Virus record (IMG/VR): IMGVR_UViG_3300030108_000125
Coordinates: 47,529-67,528 of that record
DNA from: an uncultured virus (IMG/VR IMGVR_UViG_3300030108_000125)
Taxonomy: Duplodnaviria > Heunggongvirae > Uroviricota > Caudoviricetes
Strand: one strand, 5' to 3'
Length of the DNA stretch: 20,000 nt
Positions within the stretch are counted from its first letter, which is position 1. Every line of letters begins with the position of its first letter. The notes under the pieces are model-generated. The model saw nothing but the letters and a program-made list of their open reading frames with translations. It had not been told where the DNA came from and did no database searches. Shown here one piece after another: positions 1-9,016 of this stretch. The translations under genes were made by a program, and so were the position numbers.

Positions 1-3000
1 CTACTGCTTCAGCTAAAGAGTTTTCTACGCTGGCGTATAAACCTGTAGCTTCTTTAGACTCATCTATATCTGTTGTATTAGGATCGTCTTCTACAGCAGG
101 AGACCCGATTACCTGATTTACAATATTAAGCGTAGCGGTGGGCGCATATTGTCTTAACTCTTCTAAAGCAGCGGCTTCGTCACGCTGTCCAGTAAATCTA
201 TCTACATCTTCTTGTAGTACGTCTACTAACCCAAGAGCTTCATAAGCTGCACGTATTTCGGCTGTGGTAACTTGGCGTGGGTCTACATAATCAGCTACCC
301 CTGCTTCCTGCGTTTCTTGATCGAACTGACCAGTAAACAACGCTACTTCTTCGTCTGTAGGTGTAAACCCTGCCGCAGCAAACGCTGCACGTATTTCTGC
401 GTCTGTGGCTAGACGTGGGTCTACGTAATCCCCTATTGCCGTTTCTTGTGCTGTTTGCTCTAACTGACCGACGAATCTTTCTATCTCAGCTTCTGTAGGA
501 GTGTACCCTGCAGCAGCAAATGCAGCTTCTACTTCTGTTTTTGTAGTTTGAAGTGGGTCTATATAATCAGAAATTTTAAGCTCTTGGTCTGCTTGGTTTA
601 GTTGACCAACAAAACTGTCTATTTCTTCGTCTGTAGCCGTAAACCCTGCGGCATCAAACGCGGCGACTACTTCATCTCTCGTAGTTTGAAGTGGATCAAT
701 AAATTCTCCAACCGCTGTCTCTTGCCTTGTTTGATCTAATTGCCCTACAAACTGTTGAACCTGCTCGTCTGTAGGCGTAAACCCTGCTGCTTCGAATGCT
801 GCACGTACCTCTGCTTCTGTGGTTTGCCGTGGGTCTACATACGTTGCTATATTGTCTCTTACATATGATTCAAACGGTTTTCTTGTGCGTCGTGGGCCTC
901 TTACGGTGTCATCTGTATTTTGCCCCACATAGCTTTCAATTTCTTCTTCTGAAGGTTCGTATCCCAAATCACTAAAAAATTGTCTGGCTTCTGCCTCTGT
1001 AATTTGACGTGGGTCTATGTATGAACTTATGGCTTCTTTACGTGCATCTGTTAAAGTTAAGCCATCAAGAAAATTATTTACTTGAGCATCAGTAGGATCG
1101 TAATTGTTTTCTTCAAAGAAGCTTACTATCTCACCTTTAGCAGCTTCAACATCCTCAGCAAATGTAGTGAGAGATGTTTCATTAGCGGATTGCCCTACAT
1201 ATTGGGCCTTCTCTTCATCTGTTAAAGTTATACCTGCAGCGGTTGCAGCGGTGTCTACCTCTTCTTCGGTTACATAGTTGTCGCCTACAAACTGTTCTAT
1301 TTCTGCTTTAGTGTCAGCCTCACTCCGTTCACCTACGTAACTAGCTATGGTGTCTGCATCTGCTGTAAAGTCAGGATTTGCTTCTGCTATAATTTGCCCA
1401 ACTTCATCGGTGGTTACAATAAACTCGTCATAGGATGTGTTAAGCATAGTATTTAAACGGTCAACATCGGTAAGACCTAGATTGACCAATGCATCTCTAG
1501 CAACAGTTGGGTCTGCACTATTAAGAGCGTTTCGCACGTCTTCGTTGCCTTGAATTAGGCTGTCTATCAAGAAGTCTCCTGTGTATATACCACCAGCAGT
1601 ACCGCCACCAATTAGTGTACCTAATATACCAGCCTCAACAATATCACCCGCTACATCATAGTTAGGGTCTATCTGCACAAGAGAACTAGCTAGGTGTGCT
1701 GAAGTAAAACCCTCTTCAAACCCTTCAGTTACGCCCTCTTTAAATGTTACTTCTAAGCCATCAATCGCTCTGTTTGTTATTTCAGAGTTTTTAGGGTTAA
1801 AAATAGATTTAGCTAATGCAGCGCCACCCAAACCAGAAGCTACTGTAGTTAAGACTGCTGCTACCGTCCCATTTTTTATGGCTAATTCGGAAGCATAAGC
1901 ATCTGCATCTTCTTCAGTAAAACCTTGATTTATAGCTACGGCGTATGCTTGGTCATAGGCACCATCTACAGTAGCAAAATATGCCTCGCCAATATCTGCT
2001 GCTACAGCGCCACCTACACCTGCGGTGTTTTCTATGGTGCTGATAAGGTTATCCCCCATGTCTGTTATATCGGCTTTTTTAGCGCCTCGTAAAAATACAG
2101 AAGTTCCAAATTTAGCAGCAGCGCCAAAACCCAAAGTAAAAAACTCTTGAATAATTTCACCGCCGATATTCTCCGCAACCCATTGCACAGGGGCATCTTG
2201 TATATTTGTAAATATAGCTTCTGTTTTGAGAAGTCCTTTTTGGGCATTGGTTAATTCTTGGCCCGGATTGTCTGCCTCCCATTCAGCAATCAAATTGTTA
2301 TACCGCTGCGCATTCTCCTCGCCTTGAGCTAACCATTGATCTGATTTTGCTGAATTTGAAAAGCTAAGTAAGTCTTGAGACATTTCTTTTGTAAACTCAG
2401 AAGCGCCCTCTGCACCCCCATAGTCTAGTGCTACAGAAACAACGTTAGCCACTTCCCCAAAAGCACCAGTAACAACGCTTGCAACGTTGCTAAACATCTC
2501 TTCAAACTCTTTAAATCTTTCTTCACCACCTGCGGCTGGCACATACCCAAACATATTCGCTAGTTTTGTTAAATTTTGGTATACATTTCCTCCTACCTGT
2601 GCATCAAATGCTGCCCCGTCTTCTTTATTCATAGACATTATAAGGGGTGTATGAGCGTCTTTTTCTGCTCTTATTCTCTGTAAATCCGCAAAAGTATAAG
2701 TTATATTTTCTGTTTCTATAACTGGAACATTAAGCCCAAGACTGCTAATAACATCTTCTCGCATTGCAATAGAAGTGCCACTATCTGCACTTTCGTAACC
2801 AAATCTAGCAATGCCTTCAAATTCGTTACCTAAATTTTCTACAAATTGTTCAGCGCTAATATTACTGTCAAACAAACCACGTTGTTCAATTAAATAAGAA
2901 CCGATTTTCTCCTGAGTTTCCTCATTATACGTGTCATCCAAATTAACAACACCAGCATCTACAAGCCCTTGAAGTGTCCTGCCAACAACTTGATATTTGC

Positions 3001-5296
3001 CAGCAGGAGTTGAAATAACACCAGTGCCATCATCACGAAGAAACCCACGATCTTCATTAACATCTTGCGAGTATGCAGCATAAGTACCCGGACCACGTGC
3101 TTTCTGAAACTCTAAAACCTCCTCGACTGTCATATCCGTAAGTGTAACCCCAAAGTTACTTTCTTGGTTGCCTAGCAAGCGATCATAACCACCTGCATCA
3201 GACGTACCCTCAACTTCAGAAACACGTTGTTTAACGTTATCCATCAGGGCTTCTCTTAACCCTGCGCCAAGATCATCAACTGCAGTAATGTCGTAGCCAA
3301 GTTTTATTAAATCTGCTATTCTACTGTATGTATCTGTTAAGCTATCCCTATTCATATTTATAACAGCAAATGCGGGCTGACCCTCTTCCCTCATTAAACG
3401 ATTAATTGTTTGCTGTGTCGATGTTGCGGTATTGTCTGCTATTGTTTTGTCTGTCCACCGTAGTTTAAACTTACCATCTTGGTCTCTTACAGGCATTGTC
3501 ACGGCGTTCCCAGCAGCTATGTCACTAAGAGTTACCCCCTCATCAAATATATAGTTATCTGGGTCTATAATTGCGTTATTTATATCTGGGTTAATTGCAG
3601 ATGCCCTAGTCTCAATCTCCCGTAATATATTATCCCCAATCCTAATAAGATCATCAGGGCCAGTTAAAGAAGCAAAATTTGGTACTTCTTCCTCTAAATA
3701 TTCTATGGCAGCGGCAATTTGTTCTGGATTTAAAAATCTATAATCAACACCATTAGCGTTAAGTGTTTGTTCTAATACATTACTATGCGTATCTCGTAAC
3801 GCTCTTTTTAAGTCGGTATCTAATGCCAAACCTTGGTTTCTAAAATAATGTTCGTAAACTTCGTCTTCACTATCCAACCCGTGTATTGCCGCATAAACCG
3901 CTTTATCAAATTTTGGACCTGCTTGGTCCGTAATAGCGTTTGTTAAAGCTAAGGCTGTGGCAACAGTTTCATTATGCACCTCTTCTACACTTGGAAACTC
4001 GTCACCTAAATCATCTATGTCAGTCAACATACTTTTTAAGGCTGTGTCATAGGCACTAGTAAGCCCGGGTAGTGTGGGCGCTATTTCGTTATACGTGCTT
4101 AAAAACTCTGCCTTGGCATCGGCGTTATCATTGCTATAAGTTGTAAAAGCTGTGCCTGCTGCATTAACTGCGTCAAGATTTGTTTGATTTTTGTTTGCAT
4201 TATAGGTATCTACTGCTTCTGTATATAATTGGTACAGCCGATCTTCTTCATTATATATAGCTGTGTACCCATTAGCAGCATTAGTAGCATTGGTTCGCGC
4301 AGCTTGTAGGGTTTCAAAAGCCTCTGTTGCCCTACCTTTATTACCAAACAACGTATCTAACTTATCGTTTAGAGCCAAACCTTCAGAAGAATCTATAAAA
4401 TCTCGTATTTGAGTGTCTGCCTGTGTTTTAAGATTTGCAAAAAACGCGTCAGTTGGCTCTAAACCACCCTCAATAGCAGCGTTTAAACTAGAGTTTAGGC
4501 CTTCTCCGATAACACGCACCATGTCATCACCAAAAGTGTCTCCCAAACTTTTTTGTAAATCAGATAAGATTTCTATGTTGTTGGTATACCCACTAACTAA
4601 GTTTCGTAGGGCATCTTCTGTTATATTTCCACCTTGAACGGCAGCAACTATACCCGCAGTGGCGCTATCTCTTATTCCTGCGCCTAAATTAGTCCAAGCA
4701 CCATCTTCGCCAATGGTATTAATTAAAGTGTCATCTATAGCGCCTAATGTGTAACCTATTCCCGAAGCAAGGTTACCTGTTAAAAACGCGTTAGATGCAG
4801 CCTCAAAATTAAAACTACCATCAGCAGGATTAAACGAATGTATTAAAGTAGTAGAAAATTGCTCCGTGCCACCAATAATTGCAGTAGATAGAGGAGAGGA
4901 AGCAACCGCTTCACCAAAATTTTGAGTTAACGCTGTGCTGGCTTGGTTACTAACTACCTCTCCAACTTTACCACCTGCATACGTTAAAGCCATGCTTGTA
5001 ATTATATCTTCTGCAGAGCCGCCTCTGTACGCGGTAGAAGCACCTTGATTAAGCGCTAAAGCTAGTGGCCCTCCAAACCCTGTCACTAGTAATGCTGCTG
5101 TACCAACTGTACCAAACGGGTCTTCTACAATAGCTGCGGCTATATCTTCTGCTGTAGCGTTAAAGTCTAATTCTAACGCTTCGCCTTCGTCGAACGGATT
5201 CAAATCAATAGTGTCATAATTACGAGTGGCATAGTACACTTCATGCTCAAGACCACCAAGTATATCTATATCACTAAAATCTATGTTGCCGCACAT
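1..5296 (-). CDS. Giant putative internal virion/DNA-ejection protein (>1765 aa, 3'-truncated at window edge) with a lambda-lysozyme-like domain and 46-aa repeats
   Basis: ATG at 5296-5294 directly follows the TAG of the upstream gene (5299-5297). Translation begins MCGNIDFSDIDILGGLEHEVYY. The same frame was open where I checked it at ~2580-2760 and at 1-300 (...DDPNTTDIDESKEATGLYASVENSLAEAV). No stop-terminated ORF in this frame is in the ORF track, consistent with it running off the edge. It has Gly/Ala-rich hydrophobic stretches, acidic helical regions and the motif STPAGKYQVVGRTLQGLV, and lies after nozzle-like and gp13-like genes. Confidence 0.88.
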   Translation of the reverse strand, partial: MCGNIDFSDIDILGGLEHEVYYATRNYDTIDLNPFDEGEALELDFNATAEDIAAAIVEDPFGTVGTAALLVTGFGGPLALALNQGASTAYRGGSAEDIITSMALTYAGGKVGEVVSNQASTALTQNFGEAVASSPLSTAIIGGTEQFSTTLIHSFNPADGSFNFEAASNAFLTGNLASGIGYTLGAIDDTLINTIGEDGAWTNLGAGIRDSATAGIVAAVQGGNITEDALRNLVSGYTNNIEILSDLQKSLGDTFGDDMVRVIGEGLNSSLNAAIEGGLEPTDAFFANLKTQADTQIRDFIDSSEGLALNDKLDTLFGNKGRATEAFETLQAARTNATNAANGYTAIYNEEDRLYQLYTEAVDTYNANKNQTNLDAVNAAGTAFTTYSNDNADAKAEFLSTYNEIAPTLPGLTSAYDTALKSMLTDIDDLGDEFPSVEEVHNETVATALALTNAITDQAGPKFDKAVYAAIHGLDSEDEVYEHYFRNQGLALDTDLKRALRDTHSNVLEQTLNANGVDYRFLNPEQIAAAIEYLEEEVPNFASLTGPDDLIRIGDNILREIETRASAINPDINNAIIDPDNYIFDEGVTLSDIAAGNAVTMPVRDQDGKFKLRWTDKTIADNTATSTQQTINRLMREEGQPAFAVINMNRDSLTDTYSRIADLIKLGYDITAVDDLGAGLREALMDNVKQRVSEVEGTSDAGGYDRLLGNQESNFGVTLTDMTVEEVLEFQKARGPGTYAAYSQDVNEDRGFLRDDGTGVISTPAGKYQVVGRTLQGLVDAGVVNLDDTYNEETQEKIGSYLIEQRGLFDSNISAEQFVENLGNEFEGIARFGYESADSGTSIAMREDVISSLGLNVPVIETENITYTFADLQRIRAEKDAHTPLIMSMNKEDGAAFDAQVGGNVYQNLTKLANMFGYVPAAGGEERFKEFEEMFSNVASVVTGAFGEVANVVSVALDYGGAEGASEFTKEMSQDLLSFSNSAKSDQWLAQGEENAQRYNNLIAEWEADNPGQELTNAQKGLLKTEAIFTNIQDAPVQWVAENIGGEIIQEFFTLGFGAAAKFGTSVFLRGAKKADITDMGDNLISTIENTAGVGGAVAADIGEAYFATVDGAYDQAYAVAINQGFTEEDADAYASELAIKNGTVAAVLTTVASGLGGAALAKSIFNPKNSEITNRAIDGLEVTFKEGVTEGFEEGFTSAHLASSLVQIDPNYDVAGDIVEAGILGTLIGGGTAGGIYTGDFLIDSLIQGNEDVRNALNSADPTVARDALVNLGLTDVDRLNTMLNTSYDEFIVTTDEVGQIIAEANPDFTADADTIASYVGERSEADTKAEIEQFVGDNYVTEEEVDTAATAAGITLTDEEKAQYVGQSANETSLTTFAEDVEAAKGEIVSFFEENNYDPTDAQVNNFLDGLTLTDARKEAISSYIDPRQITEAEARQFFSDLGYEPSEEEIESYVGQNTDDTVRGPRRTRKPFESYVRDNIATYVDPRQTTEAEVRAAFEAAGFTPTDEQVQQFVGQLDQTRQETAVGEFIDPLQTTRDEVVAAFDAAGFTATDEEIDSFVGQLNQADQELKISDYIDPLQTTKTEVEAAFAAAGYTPTEAEIERFVGQLEQTAQETAIGDYVDPRLATDAEIRAAFAAAGFTPTDEEVALFTGQFDQETQEAGVADYVDPRQVTTAEIRAAYEALGLVDVLQEDVDRFTGQRDEAAALEELRQYAPTATLNIVNQVIGSPAVEDDPNTTDIDESKEATGLYASVENSLAEAV
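150..1020 (-). repeat. Intragenic tandem repeat, 138 bp / 46 aa period
   Basis: The Pro codon of the (Y/F)(V/I)DP(R/L)Q anchor is at 278, 416, 554, 692 and 830 (exactly 138 bp apart) and at 1010 (180 bp). Consensus is about YVDPRQTTxAEVRAAFxAAGFTPTDEEIxxFVGQLDQxxQETAIxD. Confidence 0.92.
2810..3260 (-). other. Lambda-R-like lysozyme/lytic transglycosylase domain inside the giant ORF
   Basis: RVSEVEGTSDAGGYDRLLG...MTVEEVLEFQK...STPAGKYQVVGRTLQGLV...YNEETQEKIGSYLIEQRG...LGNEFEGI parallels recalled lambda R motifs (SEG with catalytic Glu, STAAGRYQ, SQDAVALQQIKERG, IWASL). Confidence 0.75.
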
Positions 5297-5719
5297 CTAT
5301 CTACCCTCTTGGACGTTTACGGTAACAAATAACAAACCTGTGTCTTTAACTTTTCGTATCTCCATAGGATATCGTCTACCAATAATTGGTGCGACAGGCA
5401 TTAAATTTTCATTTTCAGCCGTAAATTTTAACACAGCTACCTTTCTTTGTTTTATTTTAGCTAAATAATCTAACATGTTTTTTAACATATTTTTGGGGGT
5501 ATCTGCATTATACATTACTACAAAAGCTACAAGCATGCCTTTTTTATTTTTTCTAACAGGTATAGTTATAAAAACAGTATTTCCAAACTGATCTATTACT
5601 GCGTTTTTATTGTCACTTAATATAGAAGCTGTTTGTAATTGCGCCCCCATACTTTGATTAGGATTACCCATACTCTCAATGCCCTTAGCAATGACAGTGG
5701 GTATGTCCATCTGTCCCAT
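5297..5719 (-). CDS. Hypothetical protein, possibly a degenerate GNAT-fold/T7 gp13-like assembly protein
   Basis: 140-aa ORF coupled at both ends (TAATG at 5719; TAG abutting the next ATG). Alternating beta/alpha pattern (QFGNTVFITI...FVVMYNADTPKNMLKNMLDYL). Position immediately before the ejection-like gene. The function is inferred. Confidence 0.7.
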   Translation of the reverse strand: MGQMDIPTVIAKGIESMGNPNQSMGAQLQTASILSDNKNAVIDQFGNTVFITIPVRKNKKGMLVAFVVMYNADTPKNMLKNMLDYLAKIKQRKVAVLKFTAENENLMPVAPIIGRRYPMEIRKVKDTGLLFVTVNVQEGR

Positions 5720-6039
5720 TATGTGACCTCAAGAATACTTGCTACTACGTGTAACCTATTAGCAGTAGCGGCGGTAACCTTTAGTATTTCTTCGGCTTGT
5801 ACAATTAGTGGTGCCGATAGAAGCTCTAACGTGTTATTAGCAGACACAGCTTTAGTCTTAAATAAACTAAATACATCTGACCCGCTGGTAATCGTCAGGG
5901 TAATCGTGTCGGCGTTGCCACTATCTTCAGAAACAAGAATAGATTTGACAATGCCAGTTGTAGACGCAGCACAGGTGTAAAGCGTGGTTATGTTAGTAGT
6001 GGTTAGGTCCACCTTTGCGTTTACATATGTGTTTGCCAT
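5719..6039 (-). CDS. Small beta-rich putative virion structural protein (106 aa)
   Basis: MANTYVNAKVDLTTTNITTLYTC...LHVVASILEVT. The ATG at 6039 overlaps the upstream TAA (TAATG), so it is preferred over the longer 6054 start in the track. Confidence 0.8.
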   Translation of the reverse strand: MANTYVNAKVDLTTTNITTLYTCAASTTGIVKSILVSEDSGNADTITLTITSGSDVFSLFKTKAVSANNTLELLSAPLIVQAEEILKVTAATANRLHVVASILEVT

Positions 6040-6227
6040 TAACTTAAAAACCACCCTATTGCATCGGTTTGATTTGCCAGTGATCTATCACGTAACGTAT
6101 TATCGACTTGAGTAAAATACAGGCGAAGCACTTTATTAAACTGCTCAAACTCAAATGCAGAATACTCTTCAGGTGGGTATGGCAGGGCAGGAGCCACAAA
6201 TCCTACGGTATAATCGTTACTAGCCAT
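6039..6227 (-). CDS. Small hypothetical phage protein (62 aa) following the nozzle-like gene
   Basis: TAATG overlaps at both ends. APALPYPPEEYS...NKVLRLYFTQVDN is a Pro-rich segment followed by an amphipathic helix. Confidence 0.78.
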   Translation of the reverse strand: MASNDYTVGFVAPALPYPPEEYSAFEFEQFNKVLRLYFTQVDNTLRDRSLANQTDAIGWFLS

Positions 6228-8371
6228 TACCGTCTCCCGTCTGGACGCATATCAAGGCGTGGTGCGCCTAGCTGCCACTGTACTCCTGTGGTGCTGGAAT
6301 CTACCTTCAAAGACATTTGTCTGCCTCTAACCCTAGTGTGTATTTGTTCTGTGTACACGTCTACAGGTGAACTTGCTGACCGTACAACTGTACCTGAGTT
6401 TACACCGCTTTCTGATGCGGGGCTGTTTCTGCCAGAGCCTGATGAGTTAAGAGGAAACAACGTCATGGTTATTGTAGGTGTGTCACCTGTAGACCCCTCA
6501 AAAGACACATCAGGAAACATCCTAGACACAAGAGCAAACTGATGTCCGTCCTCTAAGTCAAACTGTGCAGATGTAATAGATGCAGTAATAGCTGCAGGTG
6601 TTCCTGTCTCGTTATCGTCAATACCGTTTTCATGGTCCACAAGCACAGAGTTATACGTGGCTGCAAGAGGAAAACTTCTAAGACCGGAATCTAGCCATGC
6701 AGTGCGTGCCATGTTTCCATAGTACCAGATATCTTCTAGGTAATTGTATATAACATACCGATCTATGTTAGATGAAGCCGCAGAGCAGTAGAACCACCAT
6801 ACTTCATGGAACGCTTCGTTACTGCCACCAAACACCTGTACATACTGCAGGTCATTAAAGTCTGTAAATATGTACTTTCTAAGATCACAACGCAGTGGCT
6901 GCACCCGACCATCGTATTTGTAAAACTTATCCTTGCCCATCCAGTACGAAACACCATTAGCGTAGGCCACAGCATTCTGAGACGCGATAGAAGTCTGTTC
7001 ACCCACAATCGTAGCACCCCATACACCAGACCCTGCACCCACATACTGCAGAGAATAAAGTGAAGAATCGGTCCAAACCAAAACTTCTTGTCGTGCCTGT
7101 TGTGCAGCTACAATTTCCGTACCCCGTGACAAACGAAGACTACCTGCCTGTGTAGTTGCAGTGGGTGTCCAATTTACCGCGCTTTCTTGGTCAGACCACC
7201 GGATCAACATAGGGTCTTTGGACGAACTACCTAATATGTTAGTACCAAAACAGAACACAAATCTGTTAATGTCTGATACAAGAACGTTGTTAACAACTGT
7301 TGGCACATTAGAGGCACCAGCTAATGAAGTAAGTTCTACTGCACGTGTAGCAAGGTCGCCACTGGCTGCAGACGCATCCCAATAATATAAACGTCCGTTA
7401 CGGTGCGCGAATATTAAGTCTTCACCAAAGTTTTGCTGTGACCATACACGCAACGCTTCTGTATCAGACTCGCCCTGACCCCAAGCACCTGATCCCCAAC
7501 CACTAGCACCCCAGCCAACAAGTGGGTTAGCAGAAGATGCACCTGAGTTTATTTGATATGTGCCAACAACAGAGCTACCACCGTTTCCTGAGTCCGAACT
7601 AGTGCCAGCAACACTAGTATACGATGCGTTTGTTATAGTTTCTACGCTAAAGCTTTTACCTAATATAATGTAGTTGTTTGCATCTACGACTTCTTCTATT
7701 TGGTATTCTTGGTTGAGTATACTGGCAACTAGATTGCCACCAAGAGATACTGCATCACTAAACGTAACAAAGTCATTTTTCTTGGCTCCATGACTGTTGT
7801 CGGTCACTGTAATGCTAAAACAATTTACAGCTACCCCATCACTGTGCGATGCTGCTGTAGATGCTGTAGATGTACCCGCAACCAAGGAAGAAGCACCTCT
7901 AGTACAACCTGTTAATGTATTACTGCTAATAGCTGAGTAATCTATAACTTCACTATCTATGATAATCTTCCCTGCTTGAGGAAATCCAGTAGTGTCAGCC
8001 AGTGTTATAGTTGTAATGGAAGCGTTTATTGCACCATTCAAAGTAGAAGCCACTGCACTAAATGTAACATCGCCTGCACTAGTGGTTTCTCGTAGCGGCG
8101 TTATATCGTTAAACCCACCACCATTTTCTATGTAAAACTTTAAGTGTGTGCCAACACCCACTAGGTTCTGACTGCCCAGTGTAATCCAGTTAAGAAGTGA
8201 CCGCGCAAGTCCGAGGAATGTAGCCTCTGATATACGTGTCCAACCACCGATCTTTTCAGGTGAGCCTTGCCTAAATCTTATGTTATCAGACTCAAACCAA
8301 CCACCCTCGTTAGTATAACGAGTGTTTTCTCTATTTACACCAGATTTAAAAACTACCTTTTTTAGGGGCAT
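6227..8371 (-). CDS. Tail nozzle / DNA-stabilisation-like protein (P22 gp10 / T7 gp12-like), copy B
   Basis: 714 aa. N-terminus GVNRENTRYTNEGGWFESDNIRFRQGSPEKIGGW. Trp-rich beta-propeller-like segments (LIRWSDQE, AGSLRLSRGTEIVAA, VSYWMGKDKFYKYDG, EVWWFY). C-terminus RVRGRQMSLKV...RLDMRPDGRR. Resembles nozzle-like proteins I recall from marine podoviruses. Confidence 0.75.
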   Translation of the reverse strand: MPLKKVVFKSGVNRENTRYTNEGGWFESDNIRFRQGSPEKIGGWTRISEATFLGLARSLLNWITLGSQNLVGVGTHLKFYIENGGGFNDITPLRETTSAGDVTFSAVASTLNGAINASITTITLADTTGFPQAGKIIIDSEVIDYSAISSNTLTGCTRGASSLVAGTSTASTAASHSDGVAVNCFSITVTDNSHGAKKNDFVTFSDAVSLGGNLVASILNQEYQIEEVVDANNYIILGKSFSVETITNASYTSVAGTSSDSGNGGSSVVGTYQINSGASSANPLVGWGASGWGSGAWGQGESDTEALRVWSQQNFGEDLIFAHRNGRLYYWDASAASGDLATRAVELTSLAGASNVPTVVNNVLVSDINRFVFCFGTNILGSSSKDPMLIRWSDQESAVNWTPTATTQAGSLRLSRGTEIVAAQQARQEVLVWTDSSLYSLQYVGAGSGVWGATIVGEQTSIASQNAVAYANGVSYWMGKDKFYKYDGRVQPLRCDLRKYIFTDFNDLQYVQVFGGSNEAFHEVWWFYCSAASSNIDRYVIYNYLEDIWYYGNMARTAWLDSGLRSFPLAATYNSVLVDHENGIDDNETGTPAAITASITSAQFDLEDGHQFALVSRMFPDVSFEGSTGDTPTITMTLFPLNSSGSGRNSPASESGVNSGTVVRSASSPVDVYTEQIHTRVRGRQMSLKVDSSTTGVQWQLGAPRLDMRPDGRR

Positions 8372-8373
8372 GA

Positions 8374-8826
8374 CTAATCCATAAGTTCAAAGTGAGGTCC
8401 ATCTATAAAAGGTCTACGACCTTGTGATCTGCGAAGATCGACATAAGAGTTCATAGCATTTTCCATTGTGTCGTTCCAAGTGCGAATGTCATCAATGTGC
8501 CATGCTGCACCCCAGCGCACAGGGCAGCCTACTACAGAAGCAGCTTCTTTAATGGCGTCCGCAAGATCATCGTACAGATTTAACTCCCAACTTGCACGTC
8601 CATTTACATACGCCATAATGTCTATGGCTTTACCTACAAGATGTTTAGACTTCATTGTTTGACTAGCGCCCTTGGCTACCAACTCTTTTTGTTGGGCCTC
8701 AGTTCTCATGCCTTGGATCACGCCAAAATCAGTTTTAGTCAATGTAATAGCTTGTTTGGCTACGGCTTGCAGCCTTTCATCAACACCTTCTAACCTATCA
8801 AGGCTACGTCTACTTAATTTAAACAT
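8374..8826 (-). CDS. Endolysin, peptidase M15 family (L-Ala-D-Glu peptidase-like, Zn-dependent)
   Basis: FKLSRRSLDRLEGV...DFGVIQGMRT...SKHLVGKAID (HxxxxxxD Zn motif)...RWGAAW...FIDGPHFEL (DxxH). The start is probably ATG 8826 (GGAG upstream); 8841 is an alternative. Confidence 0.92.
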   Translation of the reverse strand: MFKLSRRSLDRLEGVDERLQAVAKQAITLTKTDFGVIQGMRTEAQQKELVAKGASQTMKSKHLVGKAIDIMAYVNGRASWELNLYDDLADAIKEAASVVGCPVRWGAAWHIDDIRTWNDTMENAMNSYVDLRRSQGRRPFIDGPHFELMD

Positions 8827-9016
8827 CTGTTCCATCTCCAAAAAGTTTTACACACCGCCAAGAAACAATATTATAATTTGGATAACGTTGCCTCACAATA
8901 TTTACCCCATAAGCACTTATAGACAATTCACACATTTCCTTGTTTGGAAACACGGGACTGCCTATGGACATACAATTTCCTTCTGTACATACTAAAAAGA
9001 TTGCAGCCCATATCAC
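8819..9016 (-). CDS. Small Cys-containing protein with hydrophobic N-terminus (65 aa)
   Basis: MIWAAIFLVCTEGNC...FPNKEMCE...WRC. ATGA overlap with the upstream gene at 9013-9016. Confidence 0.75.
   Translation of the reverse strand: MIWAAIFLVCTEGNCMSIGSPVFPNKEMCELSISAYGVNIVRQRYPNYNIVSWRCVKLFGDGTDV

Noticed and set aside
150..1020. 138-bp periodicity as a CRISPR array or DNA-level repeat element
   Set aside because: Units are in-frame and conserved at protein level with synonymous divergence. There is no identical repeat/unique spacer structure and no cas genes.
1..5280. Apparent 5-kb non-coding region or alternative genetic code
   Set aside because: It is a single open minus-strand frame lacking a stop in the window. 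The standard code gives intact genes throughout.
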